Origin: an uncultured virus (IMG/VR IMGVR_UViG_3300021400_005597)
Lineage: Duplodnaviria > Heunggongvirae > Uroviricota > Caudoviricetes
IMG/VR virus record: IMGVR_UViG_3300021400_005597
Reading direction: 5' to 3' (one strand)
DNA length: 40,732 nucleotides
The notes under the pieces were generated by a model. It was not told where the DNA came from. It saw only the letters and a list, made by a program, of their open reading frames with translations, and did no database searches. The translations under genes were made by a program, and so were the position numbers. Positions 36,001 through 40,732 of the stretch are shown one piece after another. Each line of letters begins with the position of its first letter. Position 1 is the first letter of the stretch.

Positions 36001-39000
36001 TGTGTTTGGATAAGGTGCCTGTTCATCTAAATAAATGTAAAAATTCTGGTTATTCCACCAATCACCGCCCCAAAGCTGTGTACTAAAGTAGTAATATGTA
36101 CTTGGATCACCAACAACGGCAACACCTGCAGGCTTATTATTTTCATCTAAACAAACCATACTAGCGTATGCTGAGCCATTTTCACTTAATACAACAAGAT
36201 TTTCCTCTCCATTTCTATTGTAGAGCATTAAAATATGGTTAATGTCTGCTCCGGCATTTAAGAATTTTACGATTGAATTGGTAAATGTAGGATTAAGTTC
36301 AGTTGTATCGTTATAGCATACAAAATACTTATTTGCGTGCCATTTTTTTATTAAGGTTAAATCAGAATGTGTGTTGTCATTCCAATCAATATTATCGTCC
36401 CATACCCAAGTATCAGATGTCTTTGTAAGAGTATTGTTATTTGGATTGTATCTTGCTACGAAAGCGTCTAATTCAGGGCAATAATAACCATCAAATGTAT
36501 AGCCATTTCTTGCACTTGGAATGCTTAAATCAAAGAAAGTGTTATCAAATGTTGCATTTTGTGTATCTTCAACGCTATCAATTACATTATCACTATTGGC
36601 ATCATCACCGATTTTAACTGTAAATGTTTTAGGTTCATATACCTTAACAGCATTTACTTCAGAACCATCTTCTCCGCAAAGAAAATCCCATATAGCGTGA
36701 GTTTTAGAGCCATATCCGTCCCAGATAAAACTCATAGTACCCTCTAATTTATGGCCCATAAAGACATAGCCCGGTTTATATGGAGCTTCATCAATATTAA
36801 GGTATTCCATGTCAAAAGTAACTGTCTGAGTTCTATCCAAGTATTCATCAGGGATTTGGCTTGTATTATAGTGAACTATGTAATTATTCTTATGATATGT
36901 TGCATAAACCGTGATATTATGGTCAAACTTATATACATCTGCTACGCTGGTACCATTTTTATTAAAGATTTTGTTGTTATTACTATCAAACCAACCATCA
37001 AATGTATATCCAGGGATTGACGGAACTGATGCTGCGTCTTCTGATGGAATGGAATAAGCAGAGTCGTAAGTAACATCTAATGTCTTACTAGGAGCGTCTG
37101 TTTCGTTTGTATTGTAATTAACAGTATATGGATTAGCTGTATATGTGGCTGTTGCGTTAATATCAGATAAATAACGCCATTTACCTGAGTCTGTGTTATT
37201 ACCTTCTGCATCGAATATTAAGGTATCACCATCGTACCAGCCATTAAATGTATAGCCTTCATACTCTGTTCTTCCTGAAATTGCTGCTGCAGGAAGACAA
37301 TAATTGTCATTATAGTTAATTTCAATGCTGTTTGTGGTTACGCTATCTTCTTTATTATTATTGTAATAAAGTGTATATGTATTTGGTGTATAATGTGGTG
37401 CCACATCAATATTTTCAGTAATATCCCACTTATCTCTTACAAACGAGCCGTCGTTATTAAATAATTTAGCATCTCCGTAATAAAAACCATCTGTCTGCCA
37501 GCCATCATATTCTTTTTGAGCTGCGATATTAAGACCTGTTGTCTGGTCATATGTGAAGTCTTTTTGAGTATTATTAACAGCTTCTTCGATGGAATTCTCA
37601 ATAAAATATGATACTGTAAAGGTTTCCGGCACAAATTTTGCATATAAATTAACCGTTCCACCATTAAGCGGACAGAATTTTTCCATAACTTTAACACCTG
37701 TAGAACTATATACAAGTGTATTTTCATCATTTAAGTCTGTATAATAACCTTCAAATCTATAACCTGTCTTTGTAGGAATTGATATTACATTATTTTCTTC
37801 ACCTTTAAGCATAGTTATTGTATTTTCCAAAGTATTTCCATCATAGAAATTAACGGATGTATCTTTGGCAACCGTAGTAAATTTAAAGGTTAATGTGTCG
37901 TCATCTGTTAAAGTATCTCGAATATAACATTTACCATTAAGAATTGCCGTGTATTCGCCTATTTGAGTACAATAAAAATCTTTATTATAAAAGTCGGCAC
38001 TTTCTTTAATAATAGTATTGCCATCAGGTTCAATGATCGTGATTTTGCATTCTCTTCTAACATTTTGCAAAGAGCCATATTCTATTCTGAGATTATAATA
38101 AAATCTGTTTACATCATAATAAAAAGCTGCACTACCACCATAATAAGAGCCATTTGTACTGTTTGTTCTAAATGGGCAGTTTTCAGGGTAAATTACTCCC
38201 GTGTAGTATGGGCAAGTAGTTTTTAATTTATAACCATCAATTGTGCTGCCTGCTGTTTTTCCACAAGTAATGGTATCTGAATCTATAGACACACCCGGGG
38301 TTTTGTAACATTTGTATGTTCCATCCCAATAAGTTTCTGTCGAATAAGGAGCTTCTTGAGTTGACGGAGTGCTTTTACCACAACAACAAGAATATTCAGT
38401 CTGGCCAATAAAAACATTATTTTTCTTATCTTTCATTGCCATTTGAAGTTTATAATCAGTATTAGCACCAATAGGTGTAGAATATATACTGCCCATATCT
38501 ACGAGATACATTATATAAGTACAACCACTATATGTTGCTTCTAAACGAGCTGCATAGGGGATAGTTTTATGGCATTTGGGACAAGTAAAATTACTGATTA
38601 CCTGTTTTTTAACATAAGAAGGATAAGGACTCGGCACCAGCATTATTACATATCTGTTGGTATAATTTTTACAACTATCTGTATGAGTGTGATAAACAAT
38701 AGTATGACAAGCAGATGTATGTTGATGATAAATAGGATCATAACAAGCACCACCAGAAGTAGTATTGCCTTCGTGAACATGAGCAGGAGCTGGTTCGCTA
38801 CAACAACAATCTGGTGTTGTCCAACCATATACATTATTATTTTTTTGAATTAATTTAGTCGAAGGAGAAGCACCCGTATAATCATTTTGATAATGTGGGC
38901 ATTTATGTCTAAAAGAAATATTATTACAATATGAATGTTCAGGTGTAAAAGTATAAGTATAATTATTTCCCAAATCGCTGCCATATGTTCCAATTTGTAC

Positions 39001-39105
39001 ATAAGCAATTGTATTTATAGGCAATAAAGAAAAAACTGTTAGAAAAAACATAATAACAGTTAAAACTGATGCTATATATGATTTAATAAACTGTTTCTTA
39101 TTCAT
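33034..39105 (-). CDS. 2023-aa surface protein: signal peptide, Cys/His-rich tip, Ig/PKD-like domain, Listeria-Bacteroides (InlB B) repeat stalk, C-terminal TM
   Basis: Many GY(T/I/R)F(D/E/N)G(W/Y) repeats; HVH/HQHTSAC/HTHTDSC and CCC motifs; TM plus basic tail. Confidence 0.9.
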   Translation of the reverse strand: MNKKQFIKSYIASVLTVIMFFLTVFSLLPINTIAYVQIGTYGSDLGNNYTYTFTPEHSYCNNISFRHKCPHYQNDYTGASPSTKLIQKNNNVYGWTTPDCCCSEPAPAHVHEGNTTSGGACYDPIYHQHTSACHTIVYHTHTDSCKNYTNRYVIMLVPSPYPSYVKKQVISNFTCPKCHKTIPYAARLEATYSGCTYIMYLVDMGSIYSTPIGANTDYKLQMAMKDKKNNVFIGQTEYSCCCGKSTPSTQEAPYSTETYWDGTYKCYKTPGVSIDSDTITCGKTAGSTIDGYKLKTTCPYYTGVIYPENCPFRTNSTNGSYYGGSAAFYYDVNRFYYNLRIEYGSLQNVRRECKITIIEPDGNTIIKESADFYNKDFYCTQIGEYTAILNGKCYIRDTLTDDDTLTFKFTTVAKDTSVNFYDGNTLENTITMLKGEENNVISIPTKTGYRFEGYYTDLNDENTLVYSSTGVKVMEKFCPLNGGTVNLYAKFVPETFTVSYFIENSIEEAVNNTQKDFTYDQTTGLNIAAQKEYDGWQTDGFYYGDAKLFNNDGSFVRDKWDITENIDVAPHYTPNTYTLYYNNNKEDSVTTNSIEINYNDNYCLPAAAISGRTEYEGYTFNGWYDGDTLIFDAEGNNTDSGKWRYLSDINATATYTANPYTVNYNTNETDAPSKTLDVTYDSAYSIPSEDAASVPSIPGYTFDGWFDSNNNKIFNKNGTSVADVYKFDHNITVYATYHKNNYIVHYNTSQIPDEYLDRTQTVTFDMEYLNIDEAPYKPGYVFMGHKLEGTMSFIWDGYGSKTHAIWDFLCGEDGSEVNAVKVYEPKTFTVKIGDDANSDNVIDSVEDTQNATFDNTFFDLSIPSARNGYTFDGYYCPELDAFVARYNPNNNTLTKTSDTWVWDDNIDWNDNTHSDLTLIKKWHANKYFVCYNDTTELNPTFTNSIVKFLNAGADINHILMLYNRNGEENLVVLSENGSAYASMVCLDENNKPAGVAVVGDPSTYYYFSTQLWGGDWWNNQNFYIYLDEQAPYPNTFFYPLICYNAVYLPLTTHLGEIRTAGNTHTDYGVNGMQIDIPEDKILQYNIATFNQAYPYIGTQPHKYGYTSLGYYFKDANNEEQQIYNTNGEKTRDVLDFTLGADNSGISVYKKYEPNDYTVYYNTNENNDPTLELDVTFDEDYAIPSDKVASVPDKEGYTFDGWFLADGTKIFNTDGTPTGESTYDFEGDRTVYVRYHSNDYTVHYNSTSVSDSTLPNSIAVKYDEAYENIERPPYKEGYTFEGYTTSLDNGTLLWDRNANAVNNTWQYNAGTDASELNVYKIYEPKEFTVNIGLDYNEDGVIDTENLPSGYNYSATDTVTFDAPFTLSLDNINEPGLTLDGYYIAGTDTLIADYDEVNDTLTYFSNNWIWDDGLDWNTESYTGTFDVVARFIHDDVDADIYTETSDKETSTVVGEYDNYTFTVDSETFSYDAAYDNITVPQKRGYTFNGYVVDPKNDGEAEHIWNENGESLENTFLWLPTINNTKVIIKSVFTPNTITGTINANEYDYETDTETEHNIEISETYDSVYEDLPFIPEKEGYIFGGIEDGNGNLIWDENGEATMEVWQYIEDDIALFNILWTPKTYVLKYDKNKTETVTFNESVNNIDAMSKDGYTFSGYSFDYLGTDTAIFNADGEFTSNVWLYDMGPADTEIDLKDHFDANTYKITFTNSEDEIETIYDLAYNKCEIPSKDGYIFKGYKLTTSDDYIYDENGDCVNETYTYSKDIEVEPVWEALTYSIVLGDKTFNVVFDEKVDIKAPIPTKETTSDDTYTYSYKFDGWYLGDERIFDEVGEFIGDTWTIALDKDSITLNPQFKETKTEIPKQETPQETPAAGVSNITETTFTPIVEEPKQITPKEKKEDLAKKIAETTAEIITSVTVAPSDDDTNDLAASIKDTQQEKIKNTVLDLTNASLNLVFPDEYLGEENVSWGTMLWKNPTIKTLTITGAVAVPCVGTLYLVLLNFFHINLWLLFFGKKRKERKDKEEK

Positions 39106-39718
39106 TATACTCTCCTTCAGTCTCTACTTCTATTTGCTCAGCCTCTTCTTTGCTTAATACGGTGCCTTCGTGGTCAAATGCAATACCTTCTACTACAATA
39201 ACATTGGTATTTGGATCGATTATAGGCTCATAATCAGGTACATCTGTGAAATAACCATCTATATCAAACGGTCTATCCTGATTTGCGATATACCAATCAA
39301 AATAGTCATCATAGCAATCAAAATCTGCCTCAGTAAGAATATGTTCTCTGCCTGCTAATGCGTTAGGATTGATATATTCTTGTGGGAGACTAGATGATAC
39401 TTCGTCCGCTATCTCTTGCCTATATTCCATTTCTTCGCCAGATGACAAGATTTCATCATAGTTTTCAGCGATAGGAAGTTCTGAACTTTCATCTACTATA
39501 GGAATGATGTCTGTATCCGCTACGGGTTCAGATTCTTCAGTATCTGTCAATTCGGTACTTTCTTCAGTATCCGGTAATTCAGAACTGGCAGTAACCGGCT
39601 CTATATTGGATTTTTCATTATTATTTGTAAGTGTAAGTGGATTTGCCAAAAATAAAATTGCTGCTAAAAAGAGCATTACAGTTGCAAGTCCTAAAATACT
39701 TGGAATAAGATTTCTCAT
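39098..39718 (-). CDS. N-terminally anchored/secreted acidic protein coupled to the giant surface protein
   Basis: Hydrophobic N-terminus, E/T/S-rich linker, ATGAATAA overlap. Confidence 0.8.
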   Translation of the reverse strand: MRNLIPSILGLATVMLFLAAILFLANPLTLTNNNEKSNIEPVTASSELPDTEESTELTDTEESEPVADTDIIPIVDESSELPIAENYDEILSSGEEMEYRQEIADEVSSSLPQEYINPNALAGREHILTEADFDCYDDYFDWYIANQDRPFDIDGYFTDVPDYEPIIDPNTNVIVVEGIAFDHEGTVLSKEEAEQIEVETEGEYNE

Positions 39719-39771
39719 AAAATATGGTCTCCTTATTAGTTAATTTTATATAAATCGTTATTTGACATAAA

Positions 39772-39798
39772 AATAAGAAGTGGAAATGCCACTTCTTA
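39772..39798 (-). terminator. Terminator-like hairpin abutting the promoter motif
   Basis: TAAGAAGTGG-cattt-CCACTTCTTA plus TTTTT. Confidence 0.6.
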
Positions 39799-39830
39799 TA
39801 TATGTAAAAAATAATTTTATTATATAGGTA

Positions 39831-40415
39831 TTAATCTAAATTAAGGTCATTATCATGGTCAGCCTTCCAATGCTCTAAAAATTCATTAAAGGATTCTATT
39901 TCACGGTCTAAAGCATCATATACTATATCATGTATAACCATAACTGATGCGTCTTCTACTTCTAATGGATTACCTTTTATTTCAGCGTTTTTAAGCGTTG
40001 TTTTAAGGTTTTCTTCATACAAATCATTTAAACTGCCATCAAAATCATAACACAACTTATATTTCCACACATCTTCCATAGAATATAAAGCTTCCATCAT
40101 ATAAGGGGACAATCTATATGCCGGATAAGTAACGAAACCCGATGTTTTAGATGCTCCGATTGGGAAAGCAATTTCATTTTCTTCCAAAAATTTACAAATA
40201 TCAGGATTATTGTTAATATCTGCAAAAAATGCTCCATATTGCCCAACAAATTCACCAAATGATACTGTTAGACGGTTAGACTCTCCATCTGGGAACTCTA
40301 ACTCAAGGGCAATAAGCAGTTTTTCTGTGTTTATAAAATCTCTTACTTCATAAAAATAACCCTTTAAAATACATTCTTCACCTTGATAAGTTACTTTTTT
40401 GTCAAAATCAATCAT
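39831..40415 (-). CDS. DUF4313-like protein
   Basis: DINNNP...FLEEN.IA...G....SGFVTYP.Y. Confidence 0.65.
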   Translation of the reverse strand: MIDFDKKVTYQGEECILKGYFYEVRDFINTEKLLIALELEFPDGESNRLTVSFGEFVGQYGAFFADINNNPDICKFLEENEIAFPIGASKTSGFVTYPAYRLSPYMMEALYSMEDVWKYKLCYDFDGSLNDLYEENLKTTLKNAEIKGNPLEVEDASVMVIHDIVYDALDREIESFNEFLEHWKADHDNDLNLD

Positions 40416-40426
40416 ATTTTACTCCT

Positions 40427-40732
40427 TTATAATTCAAATTCTGATCCTGTGTCTATTTCATCGCCATATTCGTCTTTAAACTCTTCATAACTATCAGCTA
40501 CTTTCTTGATAGTGTAATTAGTACCTTCAAAACCAAAACAGTATTCATAATTGCTATCATATCCCGTGCTTTTTCTTTCAGCCTTTTCAATCATATCTCG
40601 TACTCCGTCTTTATTTTTGGCTTCAACGAATACTGTTTTCTTCTTATCACCAAGACATTTATCATACATAAGGTCGCTAAAAGCTTCTTTTGATTCTTTT
40701 ACATCGAATTTAATTTTGTAAACTTTTTTCAT
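40427..40732 (-). CDS. Hypothetical protein (start at window edge)
   Basis: ORF in operon context. Confidence 0.7.
   Translation of the reverse strand: MKKVYKIKFDVKESKEAFSDLMYDKCLGDKKKTVFVEAKNKDGVRDMIEKAERKSTGYDSNYEYCFGFEGTNYTIKKVADSYEEFKDEYGDEIDTGSEFEL

Larger units (their letters stand above)
4507..39809 (-). promoter_or_regulatory. Dispersed promoter-like motif TTTTACATATA (plus strand TATATGTAAAA)
   Basis: Exact copies start at 4507, 5229, 5250, 12262, 13306, 14251, 14377, 18741, 21922, 22052, 22165, 22951, 26260, 26567, 30732, 32526 and 39799; 1-mismatch copies at 12398 and 27737. All intergenic, co-oriented, and preceded by T-rich tracts. Confidence 0.8.

Noticed and set aside
33034..39105. 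Diversity-generating retroelement or sortase anchoring for the adhesins
   Set aside because: No reverse transcriptase, no near-identical TR/VR pair, and no LPxTG before the TM helix in this window.
4037..39743. Plus-strand ORFs (e.g. 4037..4429, 7077..7391, 33131..33673, 39504..39743)
   Set aside because: Antisense to strong minus-strand genes, S/F/I-rich mirror composition, no SD.
1..40732. Stop-codon reassignment as in some gut jumbo phages
   Set aside because: TAG (7231, 14567, 22469, 28666) and TGA (3631, 20599, 23733) end genes at operon junctions; long ORFs are intact in code 11; no suppressor tRNA.

Overview
AT-rich window (Firmicutes/Clostridia-like, standard genetic code) in which essentially every real gene lies on the minus strand. 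It looks like part of a giant mobile or extrachromosomal element (megaplasmid or jumbo-phage-like). No capsid, tail, terminase, integrase, relaxase or T4SS gene is visible, so the element class cannot be settled here. It contains two paralogous giant Cys-rich-tip/InlB-B-repeat surface proteins (one runs off the left edge and is missing from the ORF track), a lipoprotein, signal peptidase I, two guanylate-kinase-like genes, a CHC2-TOPRIM primase, RecJ and a DUF6036-like nucleotidyltransferase. There are two HEPN-like genes with degenerate MNT-like partners plus an orphan partner, and a block of temperate-phage-like small genes. An RNA-rich operon carries tRNA-Ala, a CG-repeat protein, a radical SAM enzyme, tRNA-Cys, a structured RNA, a GIY-YIG endonuclease and a tmRNA; tRNA-Gln lies separately. 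Three element-wide patterns stand out. (1) A shared acidic C-terminal tail (roughly [DE][DE]-hydrophobic-[DE]-L/I/M/R) appears on about 20 unrelated cytoplasmic proteins. (2) An 11-bp non-canonical promoter-like motif (TTTTACATATA on minus) occurs 17 times exactly, always co-oriented and intergenic. (3) Several motif-to-terminator cassettes contain no gene and are candidate sRNAs; a separate ~180-nt multi-stem RNA displays several anti-Shine-Dalgarno loops and a pseudoknot. Family assignments are from motif recognition by eye, not database searches.
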